Below, in pieces: positions 1 through 11,613 of a DNA stretch of 64,000 bases. The notes beneath the pieces were generated by a model. It was not told the DNA's origin and did no database searches. It saw only the letters and a list, made by a program, of their open reading frames with translations. Every line of letters begins with the position of its first letter. Within the stretch, counting starts at the first letter, position 1. Source of the stretch: Salpingoeca rosetta (lineage: Eukaryota > Protista > Choanoflagellata); contig JAWQFM010000005.1 in assembly GCA_033442325.1 (NCBI GenBank), positions 2,138,313-2,202,312 on the forward strand. Reading direction: 5' to 3'. A program made the position numbers and the translations under genes.

Positions 1-17
1 TCTGTCGTGCTCTCGCA

Positions 18-66
<49 letters not shown>

Positions 67-199
67 GCACGCACACACACACACACACACACACAGGCGA
101 TGTGCACGCATACGCATCCCATTCACACCGCTCACGTTTCTTGATTCACCGTCGTTTTCTTTCACTCATGTCGGCTACCATCGCCATCACCATCATCAG

Positions 200-320
200 G
201 CCACCCAATGGGCCCATTCCAGCTGCTGGACTACGTTGGCCTGGACACGACGAGCTTCATCACCCACGGCTGGGCCCGCGACTACCCCGTACGTCCCCAG
301 TGCCCAAACACAGGCCCATG

Positions 321-390
<70 letters not shown>

Positions 391-634
391 TTGTGTGTGT
401 GTGTGTGTGTGAATGCTTCGTTTGGGGAGGATCACGCACAAGCTGGTCTTTACATGCACAATAACCAGTCGTGCCAACATGCACGCATGCCACACATGAC
501 TCACCCCCCCCCCCCTCCTCTCGCTAATGCCACAGGACGTTGAGCTGTTCCAGCCGGTCAAGTCGATTGACGAGAAGGTGGAGCGCGGCGAGATGGGCGC
601 AAAGTCCGGCAAGGGATACTACGAGCACAAGTGA
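200..634 (+). CDS. HADH: 3-hydroxyacyl-CoA dehydrogenase, last two exons (200-288, 536-634); 5' part lies upstream of the window
   Basis: Spliced translation [30 protein letters not shown]|[32 protein letters not shown]. It carries the 3HCDH C-terminal motifs HPMGPFxLxDxVGLD and GxKSGKGFY. GT-AG intron 289-535. Confidence 0.9.
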
Positions 635-1458
635 ACCACCTGAACCAGCTGAACCCCCCCCCCCCGTCTTTCCACTCCACACCTCCGTTTGTGTGTCTGG
701 GTTCGCGTTTCCCCTGTACCCCAACTGCTGTCGTTTCTTTTGAACTCTTTCCCCTCTGGTGGGTCTCTCTCTCTCTCTCCCTCTCTCCCCTCTCCCCTCT
801 CCCCTCTCCCCTCTCCTCTCTCTCCCACTCTCGCTGTCTCCGTTCCCGTGTCTGGTGATGTTCAACCCGACCCAAGCAAGCCCTGTTCCCTGGCTTCACG
901 GCTGCAACCCCCTCTTCCGTCACCACCACCACCACCACCACCACCACCATCACCATTACCTCGCTCTCAAGCCATGTATGTTGGTCGGTCCGTTGACTTT
1001 GGTTGGTTGGTTGGTTGGTTGGTTTATCCCAGACATTACACAAATCCACAACTGCATACAATACAAAGCATGCGCAGCCGGCTTCGCTTTTGCTCTGCCT
1101 GGTGGCACAACTAGTGGCGATCACGGAAAACGCAGAAGAAGGGAGCGGGGGTAAAAGGAAATCTTGTTGCGAACGAAAACACACACACGCACACACACAC
1201 ACACACGCACACACACACACGCACTGCAGAAGCACAGCAATTAACACCTTGGTTGACCACATCAGAACACCACGCAGGTGTGTGCGTGAACCGTGGCACA
1301 CTCGTTGAAGTACATGCACACAAATAAACACACACACAACCACTCACACACACACACACAGACACACACACACAGACACACACACACACACAACCACTCA
1401 CAGACACACACACACAACCACTCACAGACACACACACATGAAGTGCCGCATGCGGCTT

Positions 1459-3792
1459 TCAATGCATTTGTCTGTAGGACTCTGCAATGGCCTTCCACTC
1501 GGCAAGGTTGGCGTCAATGGTGTCCAGGAGGAAATCAAGCTTGGGAAAGGCCTGTGACAGCTGCTGGTGCCATGGTTTGACAACAAAGTTGATAAAGCCA
1601 ATCTCGCCCTTGGCAAGCGACTCCTCGTCGTTGCCGCGCATAAACGGAAGCGATGGCAGGTTCATCTTCGCTTCAAGCTCAACCTATTTGTGTAGTTGAG
1701 CGTTTGTGTGTGAATGAGGGTGAGTGTGAGTGTGCGTTCATGTGTGTGTGAGTGTGTATGAGTGTGTGAGTGTGGGTGTGTGGGTGTGAGTACAAGTGTG
1801 CATGCGCGCACGTTTGAGAGTGCTCGATTTGAATGCGTGAGCTTGGTTCGAGAGTGACACGGATGTACAAGTCAAGGTGCACCCCCCCCCCAACACACAA
1901 ACCTGGTTGTTGAATTCCTTCTGGAGGCGGGCGGACCAGCGCTTGTTGCTCTCAAAGGGCTTGATGGGGTTGTGCAGGTCGGCCGTGTGCAGCAGCACAG
2001 CGAGCACAAACAGGCGCTGGTCATTGTTCTCGGCCAGGTTGATAAACCCTCCGAGGCGGTTCACCTCCTCCATCTTGGACAGCTTGGTGTGGTGCGTGGC
2101 CATGTCCGTGTTGAGGATACAGTTGATGATGACTGCGCGCAAGCGCTTGAACTCATCTTCGTCCAGGTTCTCCACAACGTTGCAGCCCTTCTCCAGCAGA
2201 ATCTCAAAGGCAAGGTGGCTGTGGTGGTTCTCCAACACGCTCTGGTCGTTGTACACGAGCGCAAGCTCGGAGCGGGAGTTGATGTGGAAGGCGTTGGTGA
2301 GGCCGTTGTGGTCCAGGTCGTGGCTCAGCGCCGCAATGAGCATGGCCAGCAGCTCAACCTCTGTGATAAACTCGGTGGCAACGGAGGTGAGGAGGAGGTA
2401 GGTGGTGTGCAGCACCATCACGGCGTGGCGCCAGTTGTGGAAGGGGTTCTTGTTGTACTGCGTGCGCACCTTCTGCAGCCACTTGCGCAGCTTCTTCTCG
2501 TCAATGTTGAACTGCTCAATCACGTGCAGCTCCTGGAACACGCGCACGCACACCGCCGTCAGGTCCTCGTCCGACTTGTCCAGCGCGTCAAAATCCCACG
2601 TGAAGAGGCTGGACGCCGCAAGCTTCTCTGCGTCCATGGCTGCGGAGTGGCCCTTGCGCCCGCGCGCGCGCTGCTGTGCCTTTGCGTCGTCGCCGCCCTT
2701 GCCGTCGGTCGAGCCCGAAAACTCGTTCATGATCCACGACTTGACGTCGTCGTCCACGCCGTCCAGCTGCGCCATGCGCGAGGAGGAGAGGTTGGTCTTG
2801 CGCATAACCTTGAGCATGCCCGTGAGCGCGGAGTGCATCTGCTGCACGCGCAGGGCGTTGATCTGCTCCAGGTTGCAGTTGACCATGATCATGGCCAGGC
2901 CAACCTTGGCGGCGTAGTCCGCCACGCAGTTCATGGCCTCGCCCACCTGGAAGTCGATGTACCCCTGGCGCCGCAGAAACTCGACCAAGGGGAAGATGCT
3001 CCAGGACATGACAATCTCGCAGCGCAGCAGGTGCAGGGCGTGGCGCGGGAGCGGCGGCGGCGGCTGGAAGTCCGGCTGCATGGCCTTGCCGAACATGCCC
3101 CACATGTGCAGCATGACATAGATGTACGTGGCGAAGGAGCCCGCAAACACGAAGAAGGCGGGCCAGCTCGGGAGGATGGAGGAGAGGGCGCCGCCGGCAA
3201 GGAGCAGCGCGTCTGCCGTGGCAATGTCGGAGACGGAGGAGCGGTCGGCGCGGGAGGCGAGGCCGCACCAGTACAGGAGGGTGGGGCAGGTGATGATCCA
3301 CTCCGCGTAGCGCATGAGCCAGACCGGGTTGCCCTGGGTGGAGTCGACAAGGAAGTAGAGGTTGAGGGTGGCCATGGAGAGGTAGGAGATGCAGGCGACG
3401 CCGTCGACGTAGGCCAGGATGCCGGACAGCACGCGCTTCTCATCGGAGACGGCGTTGACGTAGGCCAGGATGTCGAGGCCCGTAGCAAAGGCAAAGGCCA
3501 CGGAGGTGGCGCCGTAGAAGCTCTGCAGGTGGGAGAACTTGGCGAAGACGCGGCGGGACGCCTCCGGGTTGGCGAAGAAGATGAGGCTGCCCATCACGCA
3601 CAGCCAGACGATGATCATGAAGATGCCTTGCCATTGCACCTCCTTTGTACTGGCGATGGCAATGTTGCGGGTTTTTGCGCGGCGTTTCCCGCGCCCCGAC
3701 GATGATGCGCCTGAGGCCGCCGATGTCATGGAGTAGTTGTTCATCGACGCCTCCTGCAGCATGCTGCTGTTGGCAGCGTTCTTCCTGCCCAT
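1459..3792 (-). CDS. RhoPDE: Rhodopsin-phosphodiesterase (type-1 rhodopsin fused to class I cNMP PDE), 704 aa; exons 3792-1903 and 1683-1459
   Basis: Helix C motif WLMRYAEWIITCP (E164). Helix G DYAAKVG with retinal-binding Lys296 (codon 2905-2907). Extra N-terminal TM. PDE motifs FHNWRH, HDLDHNG, LENHH, TDMATH, HTADLHNP and EIGFI. One phase-0 GT-AG intron (1684-1902) gives 2115 nt. Confidence 0.97.
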
Positions 3793-4469
3793 GTCTGCTG
3801 TTGTGTGTGGCGTGTGTGTGTGTGTGTGTGTGGTGTGTTGAATGTGATGTGTGTGTGTGTGGTGCGTTGAATGCGATGTGTGTGTGTGGTGTGTTGAATG
3901 CGATGTGTGTGTGTGTGTGGTGTGTTGAATGTGATGTGTGTGTGTGTGTGTGTGTGGTTCTGTGATGTGATGTGTGTGTGTTGTGTGTGCGTGTGTGCGT
4001 GCGTTGGTGATTTGTGTGAGCACAAAGAGAACCAGCCACGAGAGCCAACAGCAAGTGGACAGAAAGCGGTACTGTTGAACAAGGTGTGGTGGACAAGAGC
4101 AGCAGGGCCCCCTCCCTCTCGTTTGCCCCGTTCACTCGTGCTCCAACCACAAGACCACACACTATGGGTTGATTGATTCTTTCACGAACCAAGCAGCCAG
4201 AACGGTTGTTGACGACATCACCACCACACAATTACACATCACGTCATCACCACACAGACACACACAGACACACACACACACACACAAGCGACACATCGCC
4301 CGCATCAGCCACACAACCACACACACACACACAGACACACACACAAACACACACCCCAACCCATCTGAACCGCCGCTCATCATCATCATCATCATCATCG
4401 TCCAGCACGCTGCCACCGCACCGCAACCAACCCTGTGGAACCCACCAACCTGTCTGCACGCAGCAACGC

Positions 4470-4640
4470 AACCTTCGAGGTTCGAATGTTGCGCCGAATC
4501 GAGGATCAGCTGTATCTTCATTAAATCATCCGAAGTGCCCGATTTCGCAGCTTAAACAAGATCGACATGATGAATTTTCATCGAATTTCATCATGTCGTT
4601 ACCTTCTCAGTAGGGGATCGACTGATTTCAGTTGTGATGA
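4470..4640. promoter_or_regulatory. Candidate bidirectional promoter between Rh-PDE and the divergent gene, with a 12-bp inverted repeat and a GACTGATTTCAGT element
   Basis: Repeat-free island between divergent starts at 3792 and 5086. CGACATGATGAA (4563-4574) pairs with TTCATCATGTCG (4587-4598). Near-palindrome at 4620-4632. Confidence 0.4.
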
Positions 4641-5085
4641 CGGGACTCCTCCAAAAAAGAAGTGAAGCAAGGCGAAAAAAAAAAAAAGAGGCAAACGCAA
4701 CCACACACCCCCAACACTTCCTCCAGAAACCGACACGCACACAGACACACACACGCCTCCCTCCAACACCAGCACGGAAAGCAGAACCTGCAGCAGCAGG
4801 TGTGTGCATGTGTCTGCGCGGTCGTGGTTGCACGTTTGGCTGGCTCTCTCCCTCTCTCTCTGCTCTGACGTCCTTGTGTGCTTGCTTGCTTGCGTGTTTG
4901 CCTTTTGGCTTGCTTGTTGTTGTATTGTTGTATTGTTGTTTTGTTGTTCAGCTCATCCCACGAGAACGCACGCGAATACCCACATGCACACGCATCACTC
5001 TCCAGCGCAGCCAGCTCTCCTCCACACCATCAGCACGATTGAGCCCTCTCCACAATCTGCACAACCACCACCACTGGAGGATGCC

Positions 5086-5219
5086 ATGCGCCAGTTGACA
5101 CAGGATCGCCCCTCTGGCGTGCGGGCGACACTGCACCAACAACAACCACAAACACCACAAACACCACAACAACACCAACAACTACAACAGCAGCACCGAC
5201 CACAAACACCACAACAACC

Positions 5220-5258
<39 letters not shown>

Positions 5259-7537
5259 GCAGCAGCACCACCACCACCAACAGCAATACCATCAGCAGCT
5301 CGACAACGCCCCTGCCATCACACAGCCGCCGATGCGTAGCTTGCCGCCAAATGCAGTAGCCGCTGCCATGATGGGCACGCACCACGTGCCCAACCACCCA
5401 GCGGGGAGGACACCGTCATCGACACTGCAATCACACACACCCGTCATCAACCAAGCACTCGCAACAACAAGCACAACAACAACGATCACAGGGCCACCAC
5501 CCCCGCCATCATCAACGTCAGCGTCACCATCGTCCTCATCATCCGTGCCGTTGCGTCGGCCGTTTGACCTGCAGTCCCTGGCGTCTGGTTCCGTATCCGG
5601 CAACAGCCACCGTGGCAACCCACGGCCCTCCTCGTCCGATGATGAGGGGCATGACAGAGCGCACTCCCGCACATCCTCCAGAACGTCGCTGGGCACGGAT
5701 GAGAGTGATGCCGACAGCGCCGGGGAAGAGTCTCAGCGCACCACCCCTGCCTCATCCCGTGCCACATCCCCACAGCCAGCACAGCAACAACAGCAGCGTG
5801 TACACAGCGTAGGGGACTTGTCCACATTAAGGGCAATGACACAGGCGCAGCGTGCCCACAGTGCCGCCAACCTGCCTGCAGTAGGCGTGCCACCTCACCC
5901 TGCCCATGCTCGCCCAAACGCCGCCAACACCAACACCAACACCAGCACCAACCCTGATGCCCGCAACGCCGACGGTAGCTCGAGCACCAACAACGACAAC
6001 ACGACCAACGTGCACCTGCTGTGGGCAGCAACGGGGCAGCGATACCCTGTTGGGGTTGTACCTGCGCCCGTTGACCCGCAGCTTGAGCAAGGCCGCGAGC
6101 GCGCAGCAAGCCAGCCCCACCTGCGCATTGCACAACACCCGCACCCACCGCCCTCCTCCACACCGCCGTCGTCATCAGCAGCCTCCCAGCAGCAGCCGCC
6201 GCCAGGCATCCCGCCTGAAATGGTGCAGCGCTTCAACCAGTCCCCTTCTTCCCAACGCCACCTGCAAAGCAACCCCCAAACGCACGGCATTCACCGTCAA
6301 ACGCACGCCACAGCGCAGCAGCACCAACAGCAACATCAACAACGCGGTCAGCACCAGCAACAACACATGCAGCAGCGCCAGCAACACCAGCATCTTTCGC
6401 GCAGGCCCACCAATGCCAACGCAGCTGCCAGCAGCACGGGTGTTCAGGGGCTGGTGCCAGCCGTCTATTTCGGCTGGTTCGCGCGCCAAGATGACCGAGG
6501 CAACACGCACACGCGCCGCTTTCGCCTCTATATCAACAACGCCAACAGGGACATGCTCAGCGGATACGGTAAGCCAGTCAACCACGCTGCAATGCCAGTC
6601 TGGGATGTGTGATGATAGGATCATGTGTGCACGTCGGGTGTGCACGTTGTGTTTCGGCTCAAGTGGGGCCCTGATCACGCGCGTGATTGTCTCTGCCTTT
6701 GCATGCATGCATTCGCCTTGCCGCGCCGTTGTGTATTCATGTCACTCTGCTCACACATACACACACACATGCGTCCACATACATTTGTACACACATGCGT
6801 ATACCTACATTCATACATGTACGCACGCACGCATACACCAAACAACGCATCTGTACGCAAACGTGTGCTCGCTTCCAGCTGTGGACGACATGCTGGGGCT
6901 GTATGCGGTGAGCGCGTTTGCTGGCGCATCCCCGCTGACGTACGACCTCGTCTTCTTTCGCTTCGGTTCGTCGCGCACCATCGAGATGACGCTGCGCGCA
7001 ACCACCACGCGTGAGCTGCAAGGCGCCACCACCGTCTCCTCCCACGGCCAGCAGGCCGTCAAGCTCATTCGCGAGGTGGCATGCCGCCCCCTGGGCCACA
7101 ACCAACCAAAGCCGCCTGCCGTCCAAGGTACCCCATCACATCATGTCATGTCATGTGGCACCTTCCGCACTCACTCACTCTCTCACTCACTCTCTCACTC
7201 ACTCTCTCACTCACTCACTCACTCACTCACTCACTCACTCTCTCACTCTCTCACTCACTCACTCACTCACTCTCACTTCCACACACACACACACACACTC
7301 TCTCTCTCAATCACACACACACACACATTCACTCACTCTCATCCCAAACCCACAAACACGACTGACTGTGTGCCAGCCTCTGCGCTGAATCTGCTGCAGC
7401 TGGAGGCGAACGACCTGGCGGCACTTGTCGCTGCACACGGTTACAGGGAACTCTCCGTCATCATCAGGCAACAGGTATGCAATGCAACATGCAAGCACCC
7501 AAACGCGCGCACACGCACACACACACACACACACACG

Positions 7538-7580
<43 letters not shown>

Positions 7581-7581
7581 G

Positions 7582-7624
<43 letters not shown>

Positions 7625-7985
7625 ACGAACGACAGTAGCAGTGATGCATTATCGCTGACTCGTTTTTGAGTGCCCTTGTGTTTTTTGTGCTGTCGTTCCG
7701 CCCTTGCGTCATGATGGCCCACGATGATGACATGTTTGTGATGATGTTGATCATGACCCATCAAACGCTCACACCTCCATCTCCGCCACATATTGTACTG
7801 TTCTGCTCCATCATAACCACGTCATTTCCCGTCATATGCTCGTTTTGTTCAATTGCACAGGAGCTTTCGTTCCATGCGCTGCTGTGCTGTCCTCCCCACG
7901 CCCTCACCTCCACACTTCACATCCCACCCCTCTACACCGCCGACTGCGTCTCGTAAGTTGCCCAGTTTGTCTGTGTGTGCGTGTG

Positions 7986-8046
<61 letters not shown>

Positions 8047-9439
8047 TTGTGCGTGTGCTCTGTGCGTGTGCTCTGTGTGTGTATTTGCCTGTCATCCTTT
8101 CCCCCCCCCCATCCCTTTCTTATCACCCACCCCTTTCTTATCCCCCATCCCTTCTTTATCCCCCCCCATCCCTTTGTGCCCCTCTGTCACCAGGGTGGTC
8201 CGCTGTCTGCTGCGCACGCTGCAGCACGCCACCGAGGAGCCCATCCCCTCGGTGCTTGCTCGCTACAACATCCCCTACTGGGACCGCGTCTTCTGCGCGT
8301 GTTATGGCGTCAACAAGTTTCTTGAGCAGCCCCTCGCCAGCATCGCCTCCTTTCTCCAACTCGGTGCGTGCATATGAACGTGTGAAGCGCCGTCCGTGTT
8401 GCGTATTGTATGCCCCCTCTTGGTGGATCCGGTGTCGTCGGTGATGCGTCATGTCTGTTCGTGTTGGCATGAATGCGCGCGCAGCCTTGCCCCACCACGC
8501 TCACAGTCCCTTTCTCCCTTTCCGTCGCCACTACCACCACCACCATCACGGCCCGCGACCCGTCTGCAGATGCCACCTCGCAGAAGGACTTGCTTGCTGC
8601 CCCATGCGCGCGCCAGAACATGTTCACGTCGCCTGGTGCCATTGCCAGCATGCGGCTCCTCACCACCATTGACTGGAATCGCCGTGACGACCCATGTGTC
8701 CGCGCCATTTGCACCAACGCCCAGCTCACCTCCTCCGGCACTCCCAAGCTCATCCACCTCGTCTCCATGCCCGCAGAATCCCTCACCAGCCTCGGTTCGT
8801 TATGTGTGTGCGGTCGCTACGTTCTGGCTGCTGCAGCGCCTGCTGTTGGACGTCATGTGTTTAGTTTTGGTTTTCCCTCTTGCCTCTTATCTTGCTTGCT
8901 CTCTCTCCCCCCCCCCTTTCCTCTCTTCACTTGCCTTGTGCCATCGCTTGCCTGACCGCCCTTGCACCACCGCTCCCTCCCTCCCCCCCCCGTCAACCAC
9001 CAGGCCTGCAGCTGGCTGTGGAGACGCTGATGGACTTTGGAGCGGACTATGTCTCGTACCTCCGCCTAGGCACCGCCAACCTCAACTACGAGCCGGCGCT
9101 GCGGCTGCTGGTGGAGGGCTGCGAGTACGACCGCTTGTACGACGTGTACACGGCGCTGGCCTGGTGCCCTGCGCTTGCCCGCGACACGGCGCACATTGAC
9201 GAGCTGCTGCAGGTTGTGGACCGGCGCGAGCTGAAGCAGCTGCTGCAGGAGCACAAGCGGGCCGGCCGCGAACAGGCAATGGCCTCCTCCTCGCTCATGG
9301 AGCTGGAACTCGCAGCCTCCGGACACGGCCACGGCCACCACCCGCCGTCTGCTCACCACGGCCACCGCAACGATCACCGCCAACACCGCCATCAGCACAG
9401 CAGCAGCAGCGCCCGTCGCCACCGCCGCCGCCGCGAGCG

Positions 9440-9472
<33 letters not shown>

Positions 9473-11613
9473 TGGTTGGGGCACGCGAGCCGGCGGGGGG
9501 CGCGGTCCCATTGGATCGCCAACATCACACGGCAGTGGCGAGCGGGACGATACAGGTGTTGACAGCCCGAGGCCGCACAGTACAGACAACAGCACTTACC
9601 ACCCCGACCAAGTCATGCACGTGCATGCGGCGGAAGGGCGGCGTGCGTGGAGCGGCGTGAGCAGCGGCTATCGTGGCGACGTGATGGTTGCGCGTGCATT
9701 CAAGGGCCACCACCACCGCCACCACCCATACGCGGATGACAATCCTGATGATGATGGTGATGACAGCCAGGATGGTCGCGGTGGCGGCATGCGTCGCAAC
9801 CCGGTCTCTTCCGGCACCCTCTCTGTCAACAGCCTGCCTGATGCTCTGCACCTCGCGCCAACGGACTCGGTAAGTGCGCGCTGTGTAAGTGCGCACATGT
9901 GTGTGTGTGTGTGTGTGCATATATATGTATGCGCGTGGGTGCAAGCCGCAGTATGCACTCTGTACGTGTGCGATGTGTGTGTGTGTGTGTGTTCTGTTTG
10001 CTGTACTCGTTGCGCACACGTGTACATCCGTCCGTCCATGCAAGGTGTGCTTGACTTCTCACGCCTATCCCCAAACAAAACAAATGACAATATCCTCACA
10101 TAACGCCATGGTGCCTTGCTGTTGCTCCTCCTTCCTCCCACGTGCTTCCAGCGGCGACGCTTTGCCAAATACATTAAGCGGTTTGCCATGGGCCTGGCGT
10201 TTGTCACGTTGGTGCTGTGGGGCCTTACCATCGCTCAGGTACGAACGATAGCCAGCAGTGAAAACAACTACGGAACACACACGCGCGCGCGCGTGCATGC
10301 TGATATGCTGCGTTTGCGTGCCCCCATTTTGGCCCTTTGCCTTCTCGTGCCCTTGACCGTGCACTCACCCACCCCTTGTTGTTACACATCGCGCCTTCTT
10401 CCCCCTCCTTCTCCTTCCTTGCCTTATTGTCTCCTGCCATTGTCTTCGCCCTGCACAGATGTCGAGCGTGCCGTCCCACCGCCGCTTGGCGCACGGATCT
10501 GTGACCTCCATCTACAGCGCCCCGACCCTGAGCCTGGGCTCGCTCGTCTGTCTGTTTTTCCTCGTCACGGCGTTCCGGCACTGGGACCGCTTTGTTTGGC
10601 ACCGCGGCATTTTGCAGTTTCTGTGGGACACGTTCCGCTTTGTGGTGGTGCTGCTGGCGTTTATCAACGGCGTGTATGTGAGCTACCACACGGCAGAGCA
10701 CCTTGAAGAAGACCACTACCCCATGGACGTGGTGCACATTGCCCTGTACAACTTCCGCACGCTCGTGCTGTGCGGGCTTGCCCTGGTCAACCACCTGGCT
10801 CTCAACTCCAAGACGCGCATGATCAGCCTGCAGCGCACACGTGTGCTGACACCGCGCCTGCTTCACCCGTTCCCGTCACACCCGTACAACACGCGCCATG
10901 CGCAGTACGCGGCCACAGAGCGCACGGGGCTGCTTGCTTCGCCTACGCAGCCAACCACAACCGCAACCGCAACAACAGCAGCAGCAGCAGCAGCAGCGCG
11001 GGGCCGAGGGAGGCGTGACGGCAGCACAAGCAGCGCCGGCAGCGGCAACGAGCACGATGACTGCGCGCGTGCAGGTGGCGCCGGTGGTGTGGATAGCATG
11101 CCCTCGTCCACCGTCGACGCCGTCGCCGTTTCGCTCGAGGAGGGCCTGCAACATGAACCACAGCAACGTGAGCACGCTGGTACCGTTGGCGGTGTTGCAC
11201 GCTCGCAGTCGAGCGGCTCCTCCGGGCGCGGGTGGATTGCGCCCTGGGCCGGGGCGCACCTTTCCTCGTGGCTGGTTCTGTTTACGCTCGGCAGTGAGAT
11301 GGAGTACACGTACTTTGTCATGGCTGAGGGCGACCTGGGCGGCCGGCAGGAGTGGATCTACCTTGGCGGCTACTGGCTCATTGACGTGTTTTTCCTGTAC
11401 GTGTTCCTGCGAGGCGCGCTGGCCTGGGACGACTGGGGCCTCTCCGAGCTGCTGAGGCGGGTCGGGTGCTGTGGCCCGAGCAGCCGCAGTGCTGCAGCCG
11501 CCAGCAAGGATGCAGCCAAGGCGTCACGAAGTGATCCTGCACGCTCTCGTCGGCGGAATGCCCCACCGCAGGCGCGCTACGGTGCCGTGCAGGACGCACC
11601 GCAGCCAGCGTGA
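5086..11613 (+). CDS. Uncharacterised ~1474-aa protein: Q/P/S-rich N-terminus, PH-like domain, SAM-like repeats, C-terminal ~6-TM domain
   Basis: Nine exons with consistent phases: 5086-6568, 6879-7127, 7377-7474, 7861-7952, 8194-8363, 8570-8794, 9004-9869, 10152-10238, 10459-11613. PH-like VYFGWFARQ..RRFRLY..LRATTTRELQ. SAM-like LVAAHGYRELSVIIRQQELSFHALL. Hydrophobic helices in the last two exons. Confidence 0.65.

Noticed and set aside
1972-3705. 577-aa antisense ORF over Rh-PDE
   Set aside because: Shadow ORF expected from C/G-ending codon bias on the opposite strand; no motifs.
3800-4010. ~30-bp tandem repeat (TGTTGAATGYGATGTGTG...) as a CRISPR-like array
   Set aside because: No unique spacers and no cas genes; it is a degenerate microsatellite-derived minisatellite in a eukaryote.
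1738-4023. 761-aa ORF as the literal Rh-PDE protein
   Set aside because: The first 77 aa (HT repeats) and last ~50 aa are microsatellite/intron read-through; the real CDS starts at MGRKN (3792) and splices to 1683-1459.
10459-11613. Stand-alone membrane protein or second rhodopsin
   Set aside because: Preceded by a splice acceptor in phase with upstream exons; no RYxxW or retinal-binding DxxxK motif.
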